The position numbers were made by a program, and so were the translations under genes. The notes below the pieces were generated by a model. It searched no databases, was not told the DNA's origin, and worked only from the letters and a program-made list of their open reading frames with translations. This document shows, one piece after another, positions 49,605 to 59,701 of a stretch of DNA of 64,000 nt. Origin of the DNA: Spirochaetia bacterium. GTDB taxonomy: Bacteria > Spirochaetota > Spirochaetia > DSM-2461. The stretch's first letter is position 1. Each line of letters starts with the position of its first letter. Where the stretch lies: assembly GCA_963666985.2 (NCBI GenBank), contig CAXXIA010000001.1:448001-512000 (forward strand). The letters are read 5' to 3'.

Positions 49605-49718
49605 GATCGGAAGATGATGAAACCGTGCCCCTGAGAGCGGCGCACGGTTTGGATTCAGGTTCTGACGACATTCCGGCGACACCGCTTGCCCGCGCGCGCT
49701 ATAATCAATCACAAGATT

Positions 49719-52595
49719 ATGAACAACACCCTCTACATTCTGGACGGCTACGGCCTTATCTATCGTGCGTATTTCGCTTTTATTTCCCGCCCCTTGACCG
49801 ATCGGGAGGGAAACAATGTCTCGGCCGTTCACGGATTTTTCCGGGCTCTCTTTTCTCTGATGCGCAACAACGGCGCCAAAGATCTCGCCGTGGCCATGGA
49901 CCCCATCGGGCCGACGTTTCGGCACGAGATGTATCCGGAGTACAAAGCCACCCGGGACGCGGCGCCTGAGGATCTTCATGCGCAGGTTCCTCTTATCGAA
50001 GAGATTCTGGGTAAGCTGGGAATCCCGGTGATTCGGATGGACGGGTTTGAGGCCGACGATGTGATGGGCTCCGTGGCGGCCCTCTGCTGCAAAGAGAAAA
50101 GAGAATGCCGTTTGGTCACCTCCGACAAGGATATGATGCAGCTGGTCGGCGGCTGCGTGAAATTGCTGCGTCCGGAAAAAGGCGGCGGCTACCGGGAGAT
50201 GGGATCCGAGGAGGTCTTTGAGGACAAAGGCGTTCGTCCGGAGCAGATGATAGATTATCTGGCACTGATCGGTGATGCCTCGGACAATATTCCCGGGGTG
50301 GCGGGCATCGGGCCGAAGACGGCCTCCGCGCTTCTGGCCGAATGGGGTGATTTGGACGGCCTGTATGCGAATCTGGACTCGGCGGCCAAGGGCGCGCGGC
50401 TGGAGAAGCTCCGCGGCGGCAAGGAGACGGCCTATTTCAGCCGGGAGTTGGTCACCATCAAGACCGATCTGGATGTGAAGAAGGCCTTGGCCGCAGCTGG
50501 GGGGAGCTTTGCAGGCGCAGGCGGCGATTATTATGCCGCCGCACAGTTGTTTCGAGAAAAGGATATGAAGAGCCTGGCCGCCGAGGCGGAGGCTTTCGCC
50601 GTGAAGGCCGGCGGCCGCGGCACAGCTGCTGATGAGGCGGCGGATAAACGCGGCGGCATGGATTCCGGCGATGGGGCCGGGGGAAGCGCCGGTGGCGGAA
50701 GAACCGCCGGGGCCGATGAGAGCCGGGGAGTTCCGGCGGAATCAGGGGCGGCCGGTATCGGAAGAGCCGCCTCAGATGAGAGTGGAGAGGCAATCTCTGC
50801 GGCGGCTTCGGGGGTCACCTATAAAGCCCTTTTGAAGAAAGACGATCTGGAAGAGTGGGGAGCGAACATCAGAGAGGCCGGAGCGGTGGCGCTGGATACC
50901 GAAACCACGAGTCTGGATGCGATGCGGGCCGATCTGGTGGGGATTTCGCTGTCGGTGAAGGCGGGGGAGGCGGCCTGGATTCCGGTAAAGAGACCCGACG
51001 GGCCGTGTCTGGAGGCTCAAATCGTTCTCGAATGGCTGGCGGATCTGCTCGGCGGCGGGGATGTTCGGATTATCGGGCAGAATTTTAAATACGATTACAA
51101 GGTTTTAAGGCGTGCCGGGTGCGCGGTTCCTCCGGCGTGGTTCGATACGATGATCGCGGCCTGGATGATCGATGCTTCCTCGCCTGTGGGCATGGATGCT
51201 CTGGCCGAGCGGTATTTGGGCCTGAAAACGGTGAAATTCAAGGATGTGGTGTCCAAGGGCGGAACCTTCGCCGATGTGCCTTTGGATGATGCGGTGCGCT
51301 ATGCGGCCGAGGACGCGGATATCACTTGGAGGCTCTTTGAGGTTCTCTCACCGATGCTGGAACAGGATAAGGCGCGCCTGGCCCTTTTCAGAGGAATGGA
51401 AATGCCCCTGCTGCCGGTTCTGGCGGGCATGGAGATGGAAGGAATCGGCCTGGATATCTTCGAGCTTGAGGCCTACGGCGAAGAGCTGGGCCGGGGAATC
51501 CGTAACGTGGAGAAGGAGATTTACGAACTCTGCGGAAAGGAATTCAATATCGCCTCTCCCAAGCAGCTCCAGCAGATTCTTTTTGAAGAGCGGGGCCTTA
51601 CTCCCGGGAAGAAAACGAAGACGGGTTTTTCCACGGACAATACGGTTTTATCCGATTTGGCCGGGGAAGATCCGGTGCCCGAGAAGGTTTTGGTGTACCG
51701 CTCCTTAACCAAGCTCAAGTCCACCTATGTGGATGTGCTGCCCACCTTGGTGCATCCGCAGGACGGGCGGGTTCATACGAGTTTCCTCCAGACCGGCGCG
51801 GCGACCGGGCGGCTTGCCAGCAACAATCCGAATCTGCAGAACATTCCGGTTCGCGATGAGAACGGCCGGCGGATTCGCGCGGCGTTTAAGGCCCGGCCGG
51901 GATGTCTTTTCGTTTCGGCCGATTATTCGCAAGTGGAGCTGGTGGTTCTGGCCCATATGTCCGGGGACCAGGCGCTTTCGGCGGCCTTCCGGGATGGCGT
52001 GGACGTACATGCCCGAACGGCGGGGCTGCTCTTCGGGGTGGGCGACGGTGATGTAACGGGCGCCCAGCGGCGCATGGCCAAGGCCGTGAATTTCGGGGTG
52101 ATGTACGGGATGAGCGCGTTCCGTCTGTCCAATGAGCTCGGGATTCCGCGCAAGGAGGCCAAGCATTTCATCGACGCTTATTTCACCACGTATTCGGCGA
52201 TTCGCTCTTTCGTGGAATCGGCGGTGGCGGAAGCTGAAGAGGCGGGCGGGGTGCGCACCCTTTACGGCCGATTCCGGCCACTTCCGGGAATCAACAGCCG
52301 CAACCGGGTGGAAAAGGCGGCGGCCGAGCGTGCCGCGGTGAACTCGCGGATTCAAGGAACGGCGGCGGATATTATGAAGGCGGCGATGATTGATGTGGCT
52401 TCGGGGCTGGAGGCGCGTTACCCTGCGGCGAAGATGCTGCTGCAGGTGCATGACGAGCTGCTTCTGGAGGTGCCTGAGGGCGAGGCGGAAGCGGTGGCCT
52501 CATTCCTGAAGGAAACCATGGAAGGGGCGGTGGAACTTTCGGTGCCGCTTCGGGTGGGTGTGGAGATTGCTCCCTCGTGGGGGGATTTGCATTAA
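49719..52595 (+). CDS. polA: DNA polymerase I
   Basis: LDGYGLIYRAYFA, EADD, GDASDNIPGV, DTET, TGRLAS.NPNLQNIP, DYSQVELV, AKAVNFG..YG, LQVHDEL. Confidence 0.97.
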   Translation: MNNTLYILDGYGLIYRAYFAFISRPLTDREGNNVSAVHGFFRALFSLMRNNGAKDLAVAMDPIGPTFRHEMYPEYKATRDAAPEDLHAQVPLIEEILGKLGIPVIRMDGFEADDVMGSVAALCCKEKRECRLVTSDKDMMQLVGGCVKLLRPEKGGGYREMGSEEVFEDKGVRPEQMIDYLALIGDASDNIPGVAGIGPKTASALLAEWGDLDGLYANLDSAAKGARLEKLRGGKETAYFSRELVTIKTDLDVKKALAAAGGSFAGAGGDYYAAAQLFREKDMKSLAAEAEAFAVKAGGRGTAADEAADKRGGMDSGDGAGGSAGGGRTAGADESRGVPAESGAAGIGRAASDESGEAISAAASGVTYKALLKKDDLEEWGANIREAGAVALDTETTSLDAMRADLVGISLSVKAGEAAWIPVKRPDGPCLEAQIVLEWLADLLGGGDVRIIGQNFKYDYKVLRRAGCAVPPAWFDTMIAAWMIDASSPVGMDALAERYLGLKTVKFKDVVSKGGTFADVPLDDAVRYAAEDADITWRLFEVLSPMLEQDKARLALFRGMEMPLLPVLAGMEMEGIGLDIFELEAYGEELGRGIRNVEKEIYELCGKEFNIASPKQLQQILFEERGLTPGKKTKTGFSTDNTVLSDLAGEDPVPEKVLVYRSLTKLKSTYVDVLPTLVHPQDGRVHTSFLQTGAATGRLASNNPNLQNIPVRDENGRRIRAAFKARPGCLFVSADYSQVELVVLAHMSGDQALSAAFRDGVDVHARTAGLLFGVGDGDVTGAQRRMAKAVNFGVMYGMSAFRLSNELGIPRKEAKHFIDAYFTTYSAIRSFVESAVAEAEEAGGVRTLYGRFRPLPGINSRNRVEKAAAERAAVNSRIQGTAADIMKAAMIDVASGLEARYPAAKMLLQVHDELLLEVPEGEAEAVASFLKETMEGAVELSVPLRVGVEIAPSWGDLH

Positions 52596-52701
52596 TTTTT
52601 TGGGGGGTGATCCCCGAAGCCGGGCGGGGAATGCCTGATGTTGGTTTTCGAATGGGCCATTGTCGAAACAAGGCCGAGCCAACGTCTTCACGGAGGACTG
52701 C

Positions 52702-53283
52702 ATGCTGATCGGAATCGCCGGGAAGACCGGCGCGGGAAAAAACCATATCGCTTCCTTATTGGAAAAAAGAGGCTGGCGTGTTCTTGATTTGGATTCGGTA
52801 GCTCATAAATCCTTGAATGTTCTTGCCGAGGATATCGAATCAACCTTTGGCCCGGGGCTGCTGAAAAACGGCGTTATCGACAGACGGCAGCTCGGCGGCA
52901 TTGTGTTTGCCCAGAGCGCCGCTTTGATGAAGCTTGAGGAGATAACGTATCCCTGGATTGAGGAAGAAACCCGGAAATGGATCGCCGAAGATCCCCAAAA
53001 GCCGGCGGCGATTCATGCCATCAATCTTCATAAAACGCATCTGGCCAAAACGATGAAAGCGCTGATATGGGTTTGGGCGCCGATTTGGGTCAGAAAGCGG
53101 CGTGTCATGAAGCGCGATAAACGCTCGTGGAACGATCTTAAGGGACGATTTAAGGCTCAAAAGAGACTCAGTCCTAAGTTATTTTCGTCATGCGCCGAAA
53201 TCTATAGTGTGAGGAATTCGAAAAACAAGGCGGCCTTGGAGAGGCGGCTTGATCGAATCCTCGATCGTCTGCAGCCCCGATAA
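52702..53283 (+). CDS. coaE: Dephospho-CoA kinase
   Basis: IGIAGKTGAGK, LDLDSVAH, IDRRQLG..VF; RBS GGAGGA; follows polA. Confidence 0.88.
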   Translation: MLIGIAGKTGAGKNHIASLLEKRGWRVLDLDSVAHKSLNVLAEDIESTFGPGLLKNGVIDRRQLGGIVFAQSAALMKLEEITYPWIEEETRKWIAEDPQKPAAIHAINLHKTHLAKTMKALIWVWAPIWVRKRRVMKRDKRSWNDLKGRFKAQKRLSPKLFSSCAEIYSVRNSKNKAALERRLDRILDRLQPR

Positions 53284-53360
53284 TCGGGCGGATCGCCGAA
53301 AGCCGTAAGTAAAACGGCCTTAAGCGATGAGGCGGACGGTCATAACGGGAGGAACACACA

Positions 53361-54014
53361 ATGAGCGCCGAATCCACGCGCAATCCCGGATTGATCGCAA
53401 TCCTTACCATACTCGGAATTCTGGCCGTCGCCTTTGCCGCCGGACTTTTACTGTTTCAAGAGAAAGGAGGCGAGGCCGAAGGCCCGGGGATTGCTCTTTC
53501 CTCACGGCAGCCGGCCGCTCAGAGCGATGAATTCGATCCCATAAGCTGGGCCCGGGAAGATGCCGCTTATCCTCCTTTGCTTGAAGATGAAGGTGAGGAT
53601 GGTGAGTATGTCGCCGACTATACCGGTGAAAATCCCATCCCGGCGGAAAAGCCGCAAGAGATTCCCGAACCGGTTGTAACGAAACAGCCGGCCGCCGTCG
53701 CCGCTCCGCCCGCGCCTCCCAAAGAACCTCAGTACCGAGAAGTCCGTGAAAACGCCTATTGGGTGCAGGTTTTCTCATCCGACAGCGTGGGACGCGCCGA
53801 GGCTATTCGGGATGAGTTGTCTTCCGAAGGATTCCCTTCTTCCGTACAAACGAAAAACGTGGATGGGAAAACCTGGTACCGCGTTCGGATCGGAGCCTTC
53901 GACGGTGAAAGTGAAGCCGAGCATTACGCTGAAAAAATCCGTAAAATCGCCGGTTACGAATCGAGCTATGTGGTTGTGGCGCCCGTAACCAAGCGGATTC
54001 CCATAGACGACTGA
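53361..54014 (+). CDS. SPOR-domain membrane protein
   Basis: TM helix, Pro-rich linker, YWVQVFS..WYRVRIGAF. Confidence 0.88.
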   Translation: MSAESTRNPGLIAILTILGILAVAFAAGLLLFQEKGGEAEGPGIALSSRQPAAQSDEFDPISWAREDAAYPPLLEDEGEDGEYVADYTGENPIPAEKPQEIPEPVVTKQPAAVAAPPAPPKEPQYREVRENAYWVQVFSSDSVGRAEAIRDELSSEGFPSSVQTKNVDGKTWYRVRIGAFDGESEAEHYAEKIRKIAGYESSYVVVAPVTKRIPIDD

Positions 54015-54137
54015 AACTCATCGGTGAATCCGGCCTCTGAAAACCGGATGACTCGCGGGTTTGAGATCCTGTTTGAACTTCCCGTTTGAGGGAAAAATCC
54101 CTCACGGGTTTTGGATTCGCCGTATCTTCCGTAACAG

Positions 54138-55973
54138 TTACTGAAATCTTTTTCGATTGTTCAGCAGCAATAAATTCTTAATTTCAGCGGTATTCCGCGC
54201 TTCCAGCCATTCCCTCTGGAAGTCTTTCTGGCTGACCAGCGTGGCGATGGAGGCAATTGTCTTCAGATGAAGATCCCGTTTTTCCTTCGTTCCGCCCAAA
54301 AGAAAAACGGCCTTAACATTATTTTCCTCGGAAGAAAATTCCAGCCCCTCTTTGCATCGGATAATTTTCAGAAACAGAATATTTTCTCCGTCGACAACGA
54401 TATGAGGAATGGCCAGAAATTCTGAGATAACCGTACTGATTTCATCCTGCCTCTGTTGATAACGCCGGATGATTTCTTCCGGAGCCATTCCCGTTTCTTC
54501 GGCGATATCGTCCGCCGCGGCTGTCAGCATCTTCTCGAAAGACATCTTTTTGGGCAGATCCGTAATTCGGGAAGTTTTAATCAGCTCGTCGAAACCGTCC
54601 TGTTCAATGTTGTCCCGATGGATGACAATTTCCCTCAGTTCGTCTTCCAGAAGATCCCGCGTTAAGCGCTTATCGGCAATTCGTTTGAGAAGATGGAGCA
54701 GAGCGGACTCGCCTCTGGGCTGCTTTCTCCCATAGAAAAAATAGATGCAGAAGCTGAGAAAAAGAAAGGCAAGACTGATTTCCATGGCGTTCGAACCCAT
54801 ATCGACGATGAAAAAGGTGAAAACGGCGATACTGAACAACTGAAGCCAGGGGTAGAGCGGCGCTTTAAAGCTGGGTCTGTAATTGGAAAGTCTGCTTTCC
54901 CTGAACATGATGACGGAAATGTTGGTTAAAACGTAGGACGTTAAAATAACGGTGGAAGCGGCTTTTACCAAAATTTCCAGCGGCAGAAGCAGAGAAAGGT
55001 AAATGAGAATACCCGTGATAAAGATCGCGACCGCGGGAGTTTCTCTTTTTTTATGAACGGCGGCTATCTTGCGGGGAAGCAGATTATCGCGGCTGAGCGC
55101 CAGAGGATAACGGGACGCGGCCATCAGACCGGCATTGGCGGTGGTGATGAAGGCAAGCAGAGAAGCACAAATAATCAAATAATATCCGGGATTCCCTATC
55201 AGCAGACGAGCGGAATCGGCGACGGGAGTTAGGGATTCGGCAAAGAATTCGGGACTGAGCGTTCCGACCAGGATATAGACGATAAGCGTATAGAGGGCGG
55301 TTACGATCGTAATGGAAGAAATCATCCCTAAGGGAATATTTCTTTTGGGATTGATAACTTCCTCGGATACATTGGCAACCTTCAAAAGACCGCCGAACGA
55401 GATGAAAATAAATCCCGATGTGGCGGCGACTTCATTGATTCCCGATTTCATGAAGGGTGTGAAATTCGTAGGGTTGATTTTGGGAAATCCAACGATGATA
55501 TATCCCAGCATAATCAGAAGTAAGCCGGCCACCATAATAATCTGAAAAACAGCCGCTTCCTTCACGCCGCGGATATTCATCAAGATGAAGAGCAGGCAAA
55601 GAAACAGAGAAGAAATCGCAATCGGAATCCGTGTAAAGAGGAAGAGAACTTCCGATATACCGAATATGGCGAAAGCGCTTTTCAGAGACAGGGCAAACCA
55701 TCCCAGAAATCCGGATAGAGTTCCCAGCATCGGACCGAATGCTCGGTTAATAAAATAGTAATCGCCTCCGGCTTTCGGCATGGCTGTAGAGAGTTCGATA
55801 ACACTCATAACTCCCAAAAGGGCCAGTATCCCGGCAAGAAAATACGATACGACGACCGCGGGGCCCGTTTTCGCGTAAGCCATTCCGGGAAGAATGAAAA
55901 TTCCGGAACTGATCATCGCTCCCGTCGCCAGGCCGAACACTCCCCAGAAAGAAATTCCTTTGTTAAGGCTCAC
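54138..55973 (-). CDS. APC-family amino acid permease fused to a PTS EIIA-like domain
   Basis: GAMISSGIFILPG, ELSTAMPKAGG, ASRYP.ALSRD; C-terminal FLAIPH..AVFLL..HLKTIASIA. Confidence 0.85.
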   Translation of the reverse strand: MSLNKGISFWGVFGLATGAMISSGIFILPGMAYAKTGPAVVVSYFLAGILALLGVMSVIELSTAMPKAGGDYYFINRAFGPMLGTLSGFLGWFALSLKSAFAIFGISEVLFLFTRIPIAISSLFLCLLFILMNIRGVKEAAVFQIIMVAGLLLIMLGYIIVGFPKINPTNFTPFMKSGINEVAATSGFIFISFGGLLKVANVSEEVINPKRNIPLGMISSITIVTALYTLIVYILVGTLSPEFFAESLTPVADSARLLIGNPGYYLIICASLLAFITTANAGLMAASRYPLALSRDNLLPRKIAAVHKKRETPAVAIFITGILIYLSLLLPLEILVKAASTVILTSYVLTNISVIMFRESRLSNYRPSFKAPLYPWLQLFSIAVFTFFIVDMGSNAMEISLAFLFLSFCIYFFYGRKQPRGESALLHLLKRIADKRLTRDLLEDELREIVIHRDNIEQDGFDELIKTSRITDLPKKMSFEKMLTAAADDIAEETGMAPEEIIRRYQQRQDEISTVISEFLAIPHIVVDGENILFLKIIRCKEGLEFSSEENNVKAVFLLGGTKEKRDLHLKTIASIATLVSQKDFQREWLEARNTAEIKNLLLLNNRKRFQ

Positions 55974-56176
55974 CTCTTTATCCCTCTTCCGATAGGCACT
56001 TCACTATAGTTGATAATGCTGGTTCCCACCACTTTTTCATGATTCGGAACATGCATTTTCCTCGAAGTTGCAAAGAGCGGTGTTAACGGATTTTTTTCGG
56101 CCGAAATCGTTTCGATTCCGTTTACGATTCACCTCCGAAAAACCTTCGGCTGTGTTAGAATAAAGACGGGGGATTC

Positions 56177-59100
56177 ATGAAACCGTTTTTTCATGAACGG
56201 ATGATTTATTCGCTGTCGGCCCATCGTATTCGAATAGTTACGGTCCTTTTTTCAATCTTAATCTCTTTTTTTATGAGTGTTCCGCCGCTCTCGGCGGAAT
56301 CGAATGCCCCTCCCGAGCTGGTGCTCCAGACCGGACACGGCAATATTTCGGGAATTACCGCGGATATCACTCCTAACGGTATGACGGTCGTATCGGCCGG
56401 AGACGACCGCAGGATGATTGTTTGGGACGTGCGGACCGGAAAGAAAATACGAAGCTTCGAATTGGGCTATGAAGCGGAACGTCTTTTTACATTACCCGAC
56501 GGCGAAACCGTCATTCTCATCGGGAATAACGCCGATGTCGAAGAGGGTGTATTTGAGGATGACATCCTTGAGATTCGAAAGATAGCCGACGGAGAAGTTC
56601 AGTGGCGCTACAGTGCGATTTACCTTGATGATTTATCTCTTTCGCAAGACAGAACCTTCGCGGCCGCATGCAATGGCGGCGATTTATATCTGGTGGATTT
56701 ATTATTAAAAAAATTGATGAGCTTCAGCATTGAAGATCTGGAGCGGGGAGGTCTTGCGGAGGCCGGTATCATCAATTTTACGGCTGTTTCTCCTGATAAA
56801 ACCCAAGTTGCCCTCGGAAATAACGAGGGCTTCCTGATGATCTGGGACATTGCCGAACAAACCTTTATCGATATCGTGCAAATTTGTCCCGAGGGACTGA
56901 ATCAAGCCGTTTTTTCACCGGACGGCCGGAGCATTTTCGTCGCGGGAGGCGACGGAACGATACGGCAATGGGATTGGAAAAATCATCGGATTCTCAAAGA
57001 ATTCCAGGGTGTTGACGACACGACGATATTGGCGAACGATATCGACGTTTCCGATAACGGAAATCTCCTCATCTGTGCCGATGATGATGATCAAAATGTA
57101 TTGCTCTGGGATGTAAAAGCGGGAACGCTTTTAAAGACTCTCATTGGTCACGATATCTACCTCAAGCATCTGCTTTTCTATAACGGAGGACGGAGAATCC
57201 TTTCAACGGGGGATGACGGAGCCATTTGTCTTTGGGATGCCTCCGACGGGAAGAATCTTGCCGTATTGGGAGGCGTGTCAAAAAGTCTTGATGAGGCTGT
57301 TATTTCGCCGAATGGCGAGTTCTTTGCCACGGCCGATAACCAAAGAATCTTTTTTAGGGATGCGAAAACGGGGAAACTGATTCAAACAATCTACGCCTCT
57401 GTTCCCCAGCTTTTATTCCTCTCGGACAACGGGAGAGTGGTGGCTTATCTCAAGGGATTTCAGTACATCACGTTTTGGGACATTAAAAACAGAAAGGAAA
57501 TTTTGAGTTTGAATCCATGGGCACCCAACTCCTATGGTCCTCTCATCTATCAAGCCGATTTCGATTTGGAAGCCGGACATGCTTTCTTTTCAGACGGGGA
57601 CAACCGAATCCATTACTACGACTGCAATACCGAAAAAATCCTTTGGTCCGTGAATGCGCATGAGGAAACAATTCGAGATGTTGCTTTTTCACCTGACGGC
57701 CGATATGTCATATCCTCCGGAAATGACGGCTATATCCGTTTTTGGGAAAGAGATAACGGAAGATTGAGCAAAGAATTTTTCTATGATGAAAATTCAATAG
57801 TTTCATTTCGGATTACACCCGATGGGAAAAAACTTGTCGCGGTCAGTACGTGCCGGGGATTTCCTGTTTGGAACATGGAAACCGGAGAGCTGGTTTATCG
57901 CGGAGATTTGCCCAATAACGGTGAGAGCATCATTCTTTCTCCTAACGGAGAAACGGCTTATACGGGCGGAGACGATGGTGTAATCTGTGCTGTCGATCTT
58001 GAAACGGGAAGGGTCCTGAATCGATTCCCCGGTCATTCGGGCATTGTGGATGCTCTTGCCGTCTTTCCCGGCGGCACGCATATTCTATCGGCGGGGCAGG
58101 ACGGCACCACCCGTATCCGGAACACCCAAACCGGCGAATTCGCTTCCTATTTCGTGGGAAAAGACGGTGAGTGGCTGGCCTACACCGAAGACGGCTACTG
58201 GGATTCTTCTCCCAACGGAGGGGAACTGGTGGCCATGGTTCGGGGGAATGATGTTTGGAACATCGATCAGTTCGCCGTACGGACGAACAGGCCGGATAAA
58301 ATCGTATCCCGGCTTCCAAATCCCGACACGGACCTTATGAATCATTATTTTTTGATGCACAAGAAGCGTTTGCGCCGCATGGGACTCACCGAAGAGGAGT
58401 TGGATGAAAACTACCATGTGCCTTCGGCGGAGATTCGGGATGCCGGCCGAGAAGGGAAGTTCCTCCGTTTGGAACTCTCATTTTCGGACGACTTTTACAA
58501 TCTTACATCTTACAACGTTTATGTTAACGATGTTCCCCTCTACGACGGCGGAAATCCACTGAAGGGACGCCGAGCGGTCCGAAGCGAAACGGTGGAACTG
58601 AATTCGGGGCGGAACAAAGTGGAAGTTTCCTGTATGAATGCGCAAGGAACCGAATCTTTCCGGGATTATGTCGTTGAGGATTACGACCAAAAGGTTTCCG
58701 GCAACCTCTATTACATCGGTTTCGGTGTTTCTCATTACAAGGACGAACAGCTGAATCTCGGCTATGCTCATCAAGACGCACTTGATTTAGCCGTCCTATT
58801 CAACGGCATGGCGGGGGTGCATTTCGAGCATGCTTATGCGTACTACCTTATCGATGAAAAAGTTTCCGCCGAGTATATTTCAAGAGTCAAAGAGGTGCTT
58901 CGGGACGCCACGGTGGATGATACGGTCGTTCTGTTCATTGCCGGACACGGTGTTTATGAGCAGGGAGATGATCCTGTTTATTATTATGTAACCTATGAAA
59001 CCGATCTGGATGATTTGGCCGCAACCGCGGCGAACTTTGAGATGATCGAGGATATCCTTCGAGGCATCGCTCCCAGAAAGAAACTTTTTCTGATGGATAC

Positions 59101-59566
59101 CTGCGAATCGGGTGAGATTGACGAAGAAGAATGGGAAGTGTCGGCCGTCCTGACCGACAGCCGGGGTATTCGGGCTCGTTCCATTGATGAGAATCGCGGA
59201 CTCGGGCGCAGCGAAGGAAGATCTTTCCATTCCCCGCGGCCCTTTTTGAACAACAAAGACAGCTACATATACAACGATTTGCTTCGGCGTTCGGGCGCCA
59301 TCGTGTTTTCTTCCTGTCGGGGGCATGAATTTTCGTATGAGGATGAATCAATCCAAAACGGATATTTCACGGAGTATATCATCAGCTGCATGCTGGACCG
59401 CGAGGCCGATGTGAACGGAGATAACATGATTTCCATCGACGAGATGCGTTCCTATGTGCCGAAAGCCGTTTCGGCAGATACCGACGGTTTGCAGAATCCC
59501 ACAGTGGATAGGGATAATATCTACCAGGATTTCGGCTTCTCGCTAATGAAAAGAAGGGAACCGTAA
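56177..59566 (+). CDS. Secreted WD40-repeat protein with C-terminal caspase-family (C14) domain
   Basis: Many GH...WD / FSPDG repeats; FIAGHG and MDTCESG dyad; N-terminal hydrophobic signal. Confidence 0.88.
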   Translation: MKPFFHERMIYSLSAHRIRIVTVLFSILISFFMSVPPLSAESNAPPELVLQTGHGNISGITADITPNGMTVVSAGDDRRMIVWDVRTGKKIRSFELGYEAERLFTLPDGETVILIGNNADVEEGVFEDDILEIRKIADGEVQWRYSAIYLDDLSLSQDRTFAAACNGGDLYLVDLLLKKLMSFSIEDLERGGLAEAGIINFTAVSPDKTQVALGNNEGFLMIWDIAEQTFIDIVQICPEGLNQAVFSPDGRSIFVAGGDGTIRQWDWKNHRILKEFQGVDDTTILANDIDVSDNGNLLICADDDDQNVLLWDVKAGTLLKTLIGHDIYLKHLLFYNGGRRILSTGDDGAICLWDASDGKNLAVLGGVSKSLDEAVISPNGEFFATADNQRIFFRDAKTGKLIQTIYASVPQLLFLSDNGRVVAYLKGFQYITFWDIKNRKEILSLNPWAPNSYGPLIYQADFDLEAGHAFFSDGDNRIHYYDCNTEKILWSVNAHEETIRDVAFSPDGRYVISSGNDGYIRFWERDNGRLSKEFFYDENSIVSFRITPDGKKLVAVSTCRGFPVWNMETGELVYRGDLPNNGESIILSPNGETAYTGGDDGVICAVDLETGRVLNRFPGHSGIVDALAVFPGGTHILSAGQDGTTRIRNTQTGEFASYFVGKDGEWLAYTEDGYWDSSPNGGELVAMVRGNDVWNIDQFAVRTNRPDKIVSRLPNPDTDLMNHYFLMHKKRLRRMGLTEEELDENYHVPSAEIRDAGREGKFLRLELSFSDDFYNLTSYNVYVNDVPLYDGGNPLKGRRAVRSETVELNSGRNKVEVSCMNAQGTESFRDYVVEDYDQKVSGNLYYIGFGVSHYKDEQLNLGYAHQDALDLAVLFNGMAGVHFEHAYAYYLIDEKVSAEYISRVKEVLRDATVDDTVVLFIAGHGVYEQGDDPVYYYVTYETDLDDLAATAANFEMIEDILRGIAPRKKLFLMDTCESGEIDEEEWEVSAVLTDSRGIRARSIDENRGLGRSEGRSFHSPRPFLNNKDSYIYNDLLRRSGAIVFSSCRGHEFSYEDESIQNGYFTEYIISCMLDREADVNGDNMISIDEMRSYVPKAVSADTDGLQNPTVDRDNIYQDFGFSLMKRREP

Positions 59567-59701
59567 AGACTGTTCGTTCACCCCAAGGCTGAAATCGCCC
59601 AAGCCTCGGCAGACTGTTTGAACAAGGCCTTTTCCCATGCACCGCAAGTCCTCTCGGGAATCTTTAAAAAACATGCTTCGGAATCGGATGCCGTACATCT
59701 T

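Noticed and set aside
55974..56176. c-di-AMP (ydaO) riboswitch upstream of the APC permease
   Set aside because: Core conserved motifs are not present on the minus strand.
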